Positions 1 through 10,180 of a stretch of DNA of 64,000 nt are shown one piece after another. Location of the stretch: positions 54,126,001 to 54,190,000 of the forward strand of contig NC_043014.1 of NCBI RefSeq assembly GCF_006345805.1, written 5' to 3'. The position numbers were made by a program, and so were the translations under genes. The DNA is from Octopus sinensis. Its lineage: Eukaryota. Under the pieces are notes generated by a model, which ran no database searches, was not told where the DNA came from, and saw nothing but the letters and a program-made list of their open reading frames with translations. Within the stretch, counting starts at the first letter, position 1; each line of letters opens with the position of its first letter.

Positions 1-212
1 AAGAAGACAAACGTTATGGGTCAAGACACACCGGCACCACCTGTCATCACCATCGACAACTATGAGCTTGAGGTTGTCCACCATTTTATGTACCTTGGTT
101 CCACTATCACCGATAACCTCTCCCTTGATGCTGAGATAGACGAGAGGATCGGGAAGGCATCCACAACATTCGCTCGCCTCACGCCAAGAGTGTGGACAAA
201 CTCCAAGCTAAC
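1..212 (+). mobile_element. RTE-clade LINE fragment (region C-terminal to RT)
   Basis: Translation VITIDNYELEVVHHFMYLGSTITDNLSLDAEIDERIGKASTTFARLTPRVW matches the RTE/BovB-type F.YLGS.I...I..RI.KA...F.RL..RVW motif; breaks into microsatellite at 213. Confidence 0.85.
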
Positions 213-276
213 GTATATATGTATATGTATATATATGTGTGTGTGTGTGTGTGTTAGCTTGGGATTTGTCCACACT

Positions 277-329
<53 letters not shown>

Positions 330-500
330 CAAATTGAGATAGGGGTTGTAAATGCAACCCTCCATGGGATAACATATATCCAATATACTGCTAGTGAAGT
401 ACCCAACAAGGTTAATACATAAATGTTAAGGATTGCGATGCAATCAATTCATTTACTGTATTATATGGGCAAAGGTAAAATGTTTTACCACAAATTCATA

Positions 501-944
501 ATACATCGAAATCAAATATCAATTACCAGATAGTACTCAATCACATACTTTATTAAACCATTACATAAGAAACTATAGGGTTAAACATAAAAAAGCAGAG
601 CAAAACAGTGTACCTAAAGGAGTGTACATAAAAAAGTGTACATAAAAGAGTAATGTTATACAATAAGTAGAATATATATAAAAGAGAATATAAATATAAA
701 TAAATATAAATATTAATATATTTATATTTATATTTATTTATATTTATTTATATTCATATTCTCTTATACATATTCTACTTATTATACAACATCACTCTTT
801 TATGTACACTTTTTTATGTACATTCCTTTATGTACACTGATTTGTTCTACTTTTTTATGTTTAACCCTACAGTCTCTTATGTGGTGGTTTAATAAAGTAT
901 GTGATTGAGTACTATCTGGTAATTGATATTTAATTTAGATGTAT
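501..944. repeat. Long imperfect fold-back palindrome
   Basis: aaatatcaattaccagatagtactcaatcacatactttattaaacc (from 514) is mirrored by ggtttaataaagtatgtgattgagtactatctggtaattgatattt (to 931); symmetry continues to an AT-rich centre near 715-720. Confidence 0.9.
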
Positions 945-962
945 TTCTCCATTTTCTTATTT

Positions 963-995
<33 letters not shown>

Positions 996-1081
996 CAACA
1001 CAATTGCAGTGTGGAAGGTGTTTATAAGCCATTTAAGAAACACACAAAAGCCGTTCGATTCACTTCAACATTTAAGTTTAA

Positions 1082-1131
1082 TTTGTCAAAATATTTTCGT
1101 CGCTAAAATCCGCGACCTGTTCACTGACAAA
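1082..1131 (-). ncRNA. Minimal type-I hammerhead ribozyme, G3:C8 variant
   Basis: Minus strand UUUGUCA-GUGAACA-G-GUCGC-GGAUUUUA-GCGAC-GAA-AAUAUU-U-UGACAAA: 7-bp helix I, 5-bp helix II, palindromic helix III, UUU cleavage triplet. Lies in a ~150-bp insert (993-1143) between TA repeats. Confidence 0.75.
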
Positions 1132-1175
1132 AATCCGTGCTGCTATATATAAGCAACAAGGATATCCAGAGGTAA

Positions 1176-1262
1176 TGCAGTACGATCGTTTCATGCAACT
1201 CCATTTAATTGAACAATGCAATCATTAAATCAATTTAAAATGCAGAGCAATCTTCAGCTGCA
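1176..1262 (-). ncRNA. Minimal type-I hammerhead ribozyme with long helix II
   Basis: Minus strand UGCAG-CUGAAGA-UUGC...GCAU-GAA-ACGAUCGU-A-CUGCA: 5-bp helix I, canonical core, palindromic 8-mer helix III, GUA triplet. Confidence 0.75.
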
Positions 1263-2079
1263 CAAAGACATAGAACTTAATTAAATTAGAACAGATGGAC
1301 ACATTAGTATAATTATACCTAAAATCTCCAAGAAGTTTAGGAGATAGACAAAGAACATGCTGTCTCCACTCCAGCAGAGAAGTTACTAAGTTATCAAGAA
1401 GATATACATTGTTACAGACTCTGCCTGTCACTGATTTTTTTTGTTTTTATGGGTTCAGTTTTAATTCATAGACTAGTTTATCAAATCCTTGTATGTCTAA
1501 AGCTGAGAGAACAGAGTGCAGTTTCTGTTAGGGGTAGGGCTGAGAGAGCAGCCAGACATCATAGTTGGTATAGTCATAAAAATTAAGATTTATTAGAAGC
1601 AACATCATGAGGTTTGGTAAAGGAAAACTTAAAACACGGTGTTGGCTGACAATTAAGGGGCTCGCCCACTAGCAGACCATTGATAATGAAACAGGGGAAG
1701 TCATATCATGTGGTACTATAGTTAAATATTTTAAACAATGTTGCTATATTGTATACAGTTAAAATTTTGGGGTTATTCAAAGGATTATTAAGAAGAATAT
1801 TATAACAAAAGGATAGAAATTTATGAATACTTTTGAGTATATACCAAACTTTTATCACAATAAAGGGAGGAAAAGAAATTATCCAGAAATAGTTTAATAT
1901 TGCACACTTAAATACTAACTCATCAGATGGTATCTGAGAATATTGATTAATTGGTATATACTGGTATAGATAAATGAGTATTGAGAGTAAAGAACATGCT
2001 AATTATATATTAATAAAATTATAATCTAAGCAGTTTTTTATAAGTAGTAAATATACCAGTATAGTTTTATATAAGCTAA

Positions 2080-2385
2080 TCTTTATATATAAAATTGAAG
2101 TTGTGTGTGTGAGACTCTGTCTCCTACGATTTAGATTCCTAACTACTCCCACATTTTGCGGTGCAGTTTAACCAAAAGCGAGTATCTCATAGTCGTCATT
2201 CATATCGAGCCCTTCTGGGTATTAGTGCACGTCTACGATGAGTCTACGATTAAAAAAAAAATTACCATCATTTTTCCGCATTTTTAATGATTTTTGCTCG
2301 GGTTATATAAGGGAAGTAACTCTCTAAAAATGCTTATATAGTTATTTCCCTTACAAACCCGAGCAATGCCGGGCGATACTGCTAG
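2080..2385 (+). mobile_element. Non-autonomous Helitron, family H1
   Basis: A|TC 5' end (atctttatatataaaa), 3' hairpin cccgagcaatgccggg 8 nt before CTAG|T; further copies at 2808, 5926 and 29520. Confidence 0.85.
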
Positions 2386-2807
2386 TTATGAATATATAGA
2401 GATACAAAAATTAGATTAATTTTATAAATAAAGGCTAACTATAAAATAATAGAGAAATAAAATAAAATAATCAAGTAGGGCAGAACACCATAGAAAAGGA
2501 AATAAAATGGCTCAAGTACCAAAACTGGTAAAGTATATGTAGCATGTTAACACCAATAGAGAAGATTTTTAGAAAAAGTATAATAATTCAAAAATTATAT
2601 ATTTACTTATTTAGCTAATATGGATAAAAGACTGATGTCTGGTATCAGCTAAAGGAATATTTAAGTTATGGAACAATCATATTTTACAGTAATCTTTTTT
2701 TAAAATTAAGGGTTATATTATAGGTTTAAGAAGTCATTATTGTTACTCCCTACATGATATAGTCTCTTAGTGGTACTTGTTTAGAAGTATATATATATAT
2801 ATATATA

Positions 2808-3252
2808 TCTTTATATATAAAAGTAAGGTTGTGTGTCTGTCTCCTACGATTTAGATTCCTAACTACTCCCACATTTTGCGGTGCAGTTTAACCAAAGAAT
2901 CCCTCTCAACACGTGGCTATGATGCTCCCCCACTACTTCTACTCTTATAGTATCTTATAGTCGTCATTCATATCGAGCCCTTCTGGGTATTAGCGCGCGT
3001 CTACGATGAGTCTACGATTTTAAAAAAAATTTACCATAATTTTTTTCCATTTTAATGCATTTTTTCGCTATTAAATAAGGGAAGTAACTCTCTAAAAATG
3101 TCTATGATGAGTCAACGATTTAAAAAAAATTTACCATCATTTTTTTTCCATTTTTAATGAATTTTTTTGCTATTTTTTGGCTATAACTCTCTAAAAATGC
3201 TTATATAGTTATTTCCCTTAGAAACCCGAGCAACGCTGGGCGATACTGCTAG
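2808..3252 (+). mobile_element. Non-autonomous Helitron H1 with internal duplication and captured fragment
   Basis: Same A|TC...hairpin-CTAG|T termini; duplicated internal block; foreign ~50 bp at 2894-2943. Confidence 0.85.
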
Positions 3253-3337
3253 TATATATATGCATATATTAATAGTTAAAAAGTCGTATGATATAGACGT
3301 GGTAGTTAACCTTCTCGGTGTTTGTTGGGTATTTGAT

Positions 3338-3779
3338 TAATGAGAGACGGAAGATACGAAAATCTATTGATCACTACAAGTGTTTCAACCCGTCTAGCAT
3401 CGATCCTTCGCAGATGGAATACAGTACAGCTAGTTTAGCTGCATCCTTCAGTGTAGATGTGTTGCCTCAGGTGATTTCAAGAGACATCTCATTAAAATAA
3501 ACTGTGTTTTGCACAGCTTATTCTATAAGAATGAAACAATATCCCTTAATTTGCCATTCCTATCTACGAAAACCAAGAGGAAAACATGCAGTAATAAATT
3601 GTGCGAAACAGAGTTTATTTTAACGAGATACCTCTTGAATTCACCCGAGGAGACACATCTACACCTAGGGATGCACCCAAACCAGTTGTACAGTATCCCA
3701 CTTGCGAGGGATCCATGCTAGAAGAATCGAAACAATTGTGGTGATCAATAAAGGTTCTCGTATCTTTCATCTCTCATAA
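3338..3779. repeat. Old diverged fold-back palindrome
   Basis: gcatcgatccttcgcagatggaatacagtacagc...aaaataaactgtgttttgcaca (left arm) matches the reverse complement of the 3600-3720 region with many substitutions. Confidence 0.75.
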
Positions 3780-4123
3780 TTTATATACCACTTTAACCCT
3801 CAGCAAAAAATCCCAAATTTTATTTAATTTGCTTTGCGGGAAGGACTTTTAACGAAGTCGCGTCTTGTCCTTGCCTTCGAACGCGGAGTAGATAAAACAG
3901 GGGACAACTGATGAAGGGAATGTTCTTTATGTTGCTTGTCTCATTTCTGTTTGTTTGTTTCTTTCGTTGTTCGAAAAAAAGTTCGTTTTCTATGATTGTG
4001 TTTTTTAAATTCTCGTTTCTCATTTTGTCTACGTTTTTTTTATGTTCTGTACCCATATATGCATGTATATATATACATATATATGTAGGTATGTACACAT
4101 ATGTATGTACATATATATATATT

Positions 4124-4159
<36 letters not shown>

Positions 4160-4984
4160 CATATGCCTGCCGTTAAAAGTATGAGAAGAATCTCTGATCG
4201 CTTATTTATTTTTTTTATTTTTAGTTTTAGAATTTTTGATTTAAACCGAGGCATCTGAGATGAATAATAATCGACAAATAATTAGTCAGCTGATTAGTAA
4301 TGTTAAATGTACTTATAATTTATAGAAAGTTTTACATGGTTCTCACAATTATTTCGAAGCTGATCTCTTGAGTCCGAAATGACAATCTTTACCTTCGTTT
4401 CTTTTCTTTTTCTTTTTTTTTTCTTATTACCTGTTTTGGTTTCTGCCTTTTAATGACTCTGTGGCAGCATTGTTTGTGTCTTGCAATGACGTTGTAAAAA
4501 CTCTTTTAATTAGGAGATCACTTAACTTGTATTACCTGTATAATCAGTACATCTGACCCAGCTTTCCCCAAGAAATCTTTTGTAAACCAGATTAACATGT
4601 CCGAGTCAAGGACGGAAGGGTTAAACCGCCACTGGCGAGACCTCTTCTCCTTCTTCTTCTAATGGATATTTTCTGGTTTTCCTTTACAAAAACGTATAGT
4701 TACACACATACCTATAATAATATCTAGCTATTCACACGTGTACATACAACAATCTTGTTTTTATTTATTTTTCATTTGACCCACGAACGAATTAAGTGAT
4801 TAAAACAATAAATAGAAAAACATGGAACGGCAGACGGGTGGGGGAGGGGTGGTGGTGGTGGTGGGTGGGGGAACAGAAAAAGAAAAAGACGAGGCAAAAG
4901 CGTTGCCAGAAACGAAATTCTGCGATCGTCAGTTCGCACGTTGTGATTTTTAGTTGAAGAATCCGAGTAGAAAGGAAGAACAGT

Positions 4985-5078
4985 ATGGCAAGCAGTCCAA
5001 GGGACATTCCAAACGCCAGGGCCCAAACCAAGCCGAACGGTAATAACCCCAATCTGGTGCCGTCAACTGTAGCCTCAG
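4985..5078 (+). CDS. Candidate first coding exon (MASSPRDIPNARAQTKPNGNNPNLVPSTVAS), product unknown
   Basis: ATG in a non-repetitive CpG-containing region, 31 codons plus 1 nt, then consensus donor CAG|GTAAGA at 5079 (phase 1). No homology recognised. Confidence 0.5.
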
Positions 5079-5282
5079 GTAAGAGATTCTGTGGACGACC
5101 GTCCAGAGTCGAAATCGTTCCAATATCTCAGAATCATTGCCTTCAACTCTTACATTTTGCTTTGAAGATATTTTGGGGTCAAAATTGTTCCCCGCTTTTT
5201 GCTTATTTCTTTGTGTAAACTGTGTTTTTTTTTCACGCTGACATAACAAATCGACACCTTAAAAATCAACATATATTGTTGC

Positions 5283-5289
5283 ATATATG

Positions 5290-5320
<31 letters not shown>

Positions 5321-5530
5321 ATGTGTATGTCTGTGTTTGTCCCCCTAGCATTGCTTGACAACCGATGGTGGTGTGTTTACATCCCCGTCACTTAGCGGTT
5401 CGGCAAAAGAGACCGATAGAATAAGTACTGGGCTTACAAAGAATAAGTCCTAGGGGTCGATTTGCTCGACTAAAGACGGTGCTCCAGCATGGCCGCAGTC
5501 AAATGACTGAAACAAGTAAAAGAATAAAAT
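5283..5530 (+). mobile_element. SINE family A, 3' half
   Basis: gtttgtccccctagcattgcttgacaaccg...ggccgcagtcaaatgactgaaacaagtaaaag, shared with many copies in the window. Confidence 0.9.
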
Positions 5531-5925
5531 AAAATAATAATAATAATAATAATAATAATCTCGGACATAATAGTTTCATTATTAAAACATTATTCGAAAA
5601 GCTTCTTTATTGAAAACTTTCCACCCTTAATAGTTCGTCATTCTTTTTATTATTAAGGATATATTTCTGCAGGGCCGCCTTGGGGGCAACGGTTGCCCTA
5701 AATACATTCCTAAAATGGCGAAATCCCACCCTCGACCTTCCATTGTCCAAGTGACAAGGGTATTAAAAACCTAAACGTGAAATATTACATTAAAAATTCG
5801 GTTTTCTTTTCGACCCTCGCCTAAATTATATCCCACAACTGCATTAAATATAAACCATGTTTTTTAATGACTTTATATGTTACTAAATAACAAACAATAA
5901 ACCATAGAAACAATTTATTTACAAA

Positions 5926-6160
5926 CTAGCAGTATCGCCCGGCGTTGCTCGGTTTGTAAGGGAAATAACTATATAAGCATTTTTAGAGATGTAAAGTATA
6001 ATAGCCATCTCAATATGGCTAACCACAAAGGTGGGGGGGTTACTGTAGCTTTTTACGTTCTGAGATTTAATAATAAATTTTTAGAGAGTTACGTCCCTTA
6101 TATATGCCAAAAATGCATTAAAAAATGGGAAAAATTGATGGTAAATTTTTTAAGGGGGGT
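5926..6160 (-). mobile_element. Helitron H1 3' part with inserted segment
   Basis: ctagcagtatcgcccggcgttgctcgg is the reverse complement of the H1 3' end; ~90 bp extra sequence lies between two tttttagag motifs. Confidence 0.8.
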
Positions 6161-6495
6161 GCGTCTAATCACCACCACCAACAACAAAGAATTCAACGCA
6201 TTTTGTGGGATCCTGGTTCAGTTCCCCTATTTGGCCCCTGATAAATCCAGTTCTAGAAAAAACAACTCGGTGGAGCCTCCGCTTTCCGTTGAAGCTCCAT
6301 GCAACGGATTTAATTCGTTTCACGGTTAATCCGGCGCCTGTCTCTCAGGAATCTGCTTCAAAAACACGTCGTTTCACGACGGAGCTGATGTGGAAAGCTA
6401 AACAAATAAATATTCAGGTAGTCACCGAAGACGAATCATTTGGATTCACCGTCGCTGTTAGGGGTTTCCTTTTACATGTTTTTCTTCCTTCCCTT

Positions 6496-6897
6496 GGCGA
6501 TCTTTCGTCTCTAGTAGACCTTTCCGTCGATTTCCGTAAAAAATTTTTTTTCTTTCACATATGGGCTTGCGGGAACTTTTGAAGTAATATACATACATAT
6601 ACACATACACCGAGTAAAAAATTTCAGTTATCTCTTTCTTTCACACATTACTCTGTCTCTTCACACACACTAACAGAAGCACTTCACTTACACAACATAC
6701 TGTCTGTCTCCCACACCCCATCAAACACACACACACATACATGTACATCAATGCTCCCATGCACGGTAACTTCAAAAGAATTTCCCTCGTCATACAATCG
6801 CTTTCTCTTACTTCAAAAGTTCCCGCAAGCCCATATGTAAAAAAAAAAAAACTTTACGGAAATTGACGGAAAGGTCTACTAGAGACGAAAGATTGCC
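6496..6897. mobile_element. MITE with ~95-bp TIRs and 8-bp TSD (Merlin-like)
   Basis: TIR ggcgatctttcgtctctagtagacctttccgtc... mirrored at 6808-6897; perfect TSD cttccctt at 6488-6495 and 6898-6905; termini start GG. Confidence 0.85.
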
Positions 6898-7814
6898 CTT
6901 CCCTTTCTTTCTTTCTTCCTTCCCTTTCTTTCTTTCATCTTTGGCAGAAAGCCACCCACCTCCCGTCGTTAGTACCCTCCCTCCACACAGAAATGGAGTT
7001 TGTGAATTAACGATGTGGATTATCCGTAAAGCGTTGGTAATTAAGTGCAGCCAAATCATTTCTTTGCAAAACCATTCAACCGCTTCCTGGAGCGATCCCT
7101 TTTTTCAACAAATGACCCTAATGTTGCAGGATTCCTTCCAATCATTTACCAAATCACAAAACCTAAACATTTGATTACAATTCCAGACCAATGAGCAAAT
7201 ACTCAGTAATAGGAAAGCATTGTCTACTTTCGTAATTCACCTGTCCATTCTTTACACCTGCCGATATTTCTTTGATAATCATAAAACTACTAATTATAAT
7301 GAATTCGTGGTAACATTCTACCAATCTATGCATCATATGGAATGCATATTCTTCATCTCTGTAGTTATATTGATACACCGTTACGGATTATAAACAAAAA
7401 CAGTAATGAGCGAGAATAATAATTAAAGCTAATGAGCAAATTATTAATTGCTTCTTTCCTTAGTTTCGATATGAGAGAATAAAAAGTAAAAAATGCTGAA
7501 TCTTTGCTCAAAAACTGTGATAAGTGACCGGAGTTAGAATCCCTAAAACACATATCCGCATGGAATAATGAAATTTGTGGGAATTATCCTTGGTTTAACA
7601 AGATCGACCTGATGCTGGAATGCAAAATCTTTTTACGTTTTAATTCGATATCATTTTTGCAAGAAACACACGAAGTCCCTTCTTTCAGCAATTCCCAGAC
7701 AATTTCTTTGTTGACAATAGGATTTCTAACAGTAAAGCTTCATTCAATGGGACACGAGGGAGGGAAACGAAGCAGTAATAATTATTTATAGCCTCCCTCA
7801 TATAATAATAATAA

Positions 7815-8060
7815 AAACATTGTGTACAGTGCTCAGGTGCACTACAACTCATCTAAAGTGTATGTATAATCAGGTGTAGTTTCGGCGGATTTCGGAAAGC
7901 ATGAGGGCCTTAAAGGATGCAGTGTCATGGCAGTCAACTTTGGATATAAATAAGCTGGGCGTTTTTCCTCTTATTTTTGCCAGTTTTGGGGTCTCCACCA
8001 TTATTAGAAGTCAGTCTCATTTCTTCATTACATCTCGCAACAATTCTCTTCGATATATTA
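7815..8060 (-). mobile_element. CR1-like LINE 3' end (decayed)
   Basis: Minus-strand C-terminus TASFKALMLSEIRRNYT* resembles TASFKTSMLPEIRQHYT* of the 12.5-kb copy; same gtgcacctgagcac 3' stem-loop. Confidence 0.75.
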
Positions 8061-8616
8061 CACAAACCTCAACAACATTCGTAACAAAAAAAAAAAAAGG
8101 GTTCACTTTTCAGTCGAAATATCACTAAATCGGTTTTTATATCTTCTTTAAAAGTTTATTGAAGTGACCACAGAAACTTTCCGTCTGCTCTGAAGTAAAA
8201 ATATTTTTAATCGATGACAATTCCTAAAACTGACGGACAATGTTTTTCTTTAAGATGTGGCTTTGTGCGCACGGACACATTTTACAACGAGAAAGCAAGG
8301 GGCAAAATGCGCGCGTGCGCGAACACAAAATTTTCAAATTGAAATCGAAAGAAATTCGATCGATCATTACTCGGATGGGTGCGCACTCGTTTCGCAAAGA
8401 AATACAAAATTTTCACACAAAGCAAATTTCCTTTGTAATTCCACAGCAAAAATCAACAACAACAAAAAAGTCATAAAATTCTTTCCTTCAAAGATTTAAC
8501 AAAAAAGACGAAGTTTTGAATAAATTCGGTGTAAATTATCTTTGCGTCCCCTAAGTGGTATTATAGTGGCCCCTTAGCAATGCTAATTAATCTCATGAAA
8601 TCTTTTTAAGATATTC

Positions 8617-8833
8617 CTTTCTACTATAGATAGGCTCAAGGCCTGAAATTTTGTGAGAGAGCAGCTGTCGATTACATCGAGCCCAGTATACAACTGGTAC
8701 TGATTTCATCGATCCTGAAAGGATGAAATGCAAGATTGACCTCGGCAGAATTTGAACTCGGAACGTAGCGATGGACGAAATGCCGTTAAGTATGTTGCCC
8801 AGCCCGACAACCATTCTCCCCGCTGACTGCCTT
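8617..8833 (-). mobile_element. SINE family B
   Basis: Central domain gaaaggatgaaa(g/t)gcaa..t(c/t)gacctcggc.gaatttgaactc shared with >10 copies. Confidence 0.85.
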
Positions 8834-8848
8834 AAATTTCCTTAAAAT

Positions 8849-9060
8849 ATTAGTTTGAAATTTTGGCACAAGGCCAGCAAATTAAAAGAAAGGGGGTAAG
8901 TCGATTACACTGACCCCCTATTTGACTAGAACCTGTTTTATCGACCCCTAAAGGATGAAAGGCAAAGTCGACCTCGGCCAAATTTGAACTGAGAGCTTAA
9001 GGCTGGGCGAAATGACGCTAAGCACTTTCCTGGCGTTTTGCTCTGTTGGTTCGCTGACTT
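8849..9060 (-). mobile_element. SINE family B (adjacent second copy)
   Basis: atcgacccctaaaggatgaaaggcaaagtcgacctcggccaaatttgaactgag. Confidence 0.85.
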
Positions 9061-9384
9061 CAATTTCTTTGAAAACATCCACCAAATAAAACTCGTCCTG
9101 TTTTTGTTTTTAACATTTTAAAAAAATCGTTGGCAAAGATCGAACTCGTTTTCATACCCCAAGAAACTGTACAAACCTCATGATTCGACTGAAGCAGTCC
9201 GGCGTGCACCATCCGATGATGCCTGAACTAACGAATTTGGTGTGGAATTCTGGTGATTGTTGTCCAGGAACAGCTCCCGAAGCATTCAGGCATGTCTGGC
9301 GTCTGAGTTGGATAAACTGGCAGAATCATTGGAGCGCCGGACAAAACATCTTGAATGCTTTTGTTCCGGCATTTTACGTTTTAA

Positions 9385-9614
9385 CCCTTTCATTACTGTA
9401 TTTATTTTGAGATGTTCCGTGTTTCTTACAATTACTTTAAATATAACAAAGAATTTAGTAAAATAACTTAGTTATCATTCAGCTAGTGTTAGGAACATAA
9501 ATTGTGACTAAGGTTTGGTGGAAGATTTTAATCCAGAACTTATGAAAACAAGACATTTGTACTCAGAGCCATTTGTACCCAGAGCCGGTTTCAGCCAGGT
9601 TGGTAGCGAAAGGG
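9385..9614. mobile_element. piggyBac-like MITE
   Basis: TTAA|CCCTTTC left end, gaaaggg right end; right TTAA not preserved. Confidence 0.5.
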
Positions 9615-9649
9615 TCGCCGAAGTCAACTTTATTTTCATCTCCCTGGCT

Positions 9650-9817
9650 TCGCTATAAGTTTTTCCGGCTCTTAACGTTCTGAGTTCAAATATCGCCGAG
9701 GTCGACTTTGTCTTTCATCTTTTCGGGGTCAATGAAATAAAGTACCAGTCATGTCTCAGGGTCGATGTAATCGACTAACTATTCTCCCTTACATGACCAA
9801 ACTTTGAAACCATTCTT
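9650..9817 (+). mobile_element. SINE family B
   Basis: gttctgagttcaaatatcgccgaggtcgactttgtctttcatcttttcggggtcaatgaaataaagtaccag. Confidence 0.8.
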
Positions 9818-9831
9818 ATTATAATACCTTC

Positions 9832-10180
9832 ATTGTTCCGGGTTCGATCCCACTGCGTGGCACCTTGAGCAAGTATCTTCTACTATAACCTTGGGTCGAC
9901 CAAAGCCTTGTGAGTGGATTATTTGATAGGCGGAAACTGAAAGAAGCCCGTTGTGTGTGTGTGTGTCTTTGCGTTTGCTTTGTTCCCCACCACATCTTGA
10001 CAACCAGTGTTGGTGTGCTTACGTCCCCGTAATTTATTGGTTCTGCAAAAGAGTCTGATAGAATCAGTATCAGCCTTAAAAACAAAACGGTTCATTCAAC
10101 TAAAAAAAAAAATCTTGAAGGCGGTGCCCCAGCATGGCCGCAGTGTAATGACTGAAAAAACAAGTAAAGACTAAAAGAGG
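9832..10180 (+). mobile_element. SINE family A-related subfamily
   Basis: B-box gggttcgatccc, gccttgtgagtgga, internal (TG)n, tail actgaaaaaacaagtaaagactaaaagag. Confidence 0.8.

Noticed and set aside
3908-3930. CTGATGA hammerhead-like core
   Set aside because: No GAAA or enclosing helix I.
6257-6417. Possible exon 2, in frame with 4985-5078
   Set aside because: Weak donor (GTAGTC), no homology, and it ends in phase 0, which would break the frame into 55146; cannot be fully excluded.
9180-9466. ORFs with coiled-coil-like ELDKLAESLERR
   Set aside because: Bounded by stops, no credible splice sites, and runs into a MITE.
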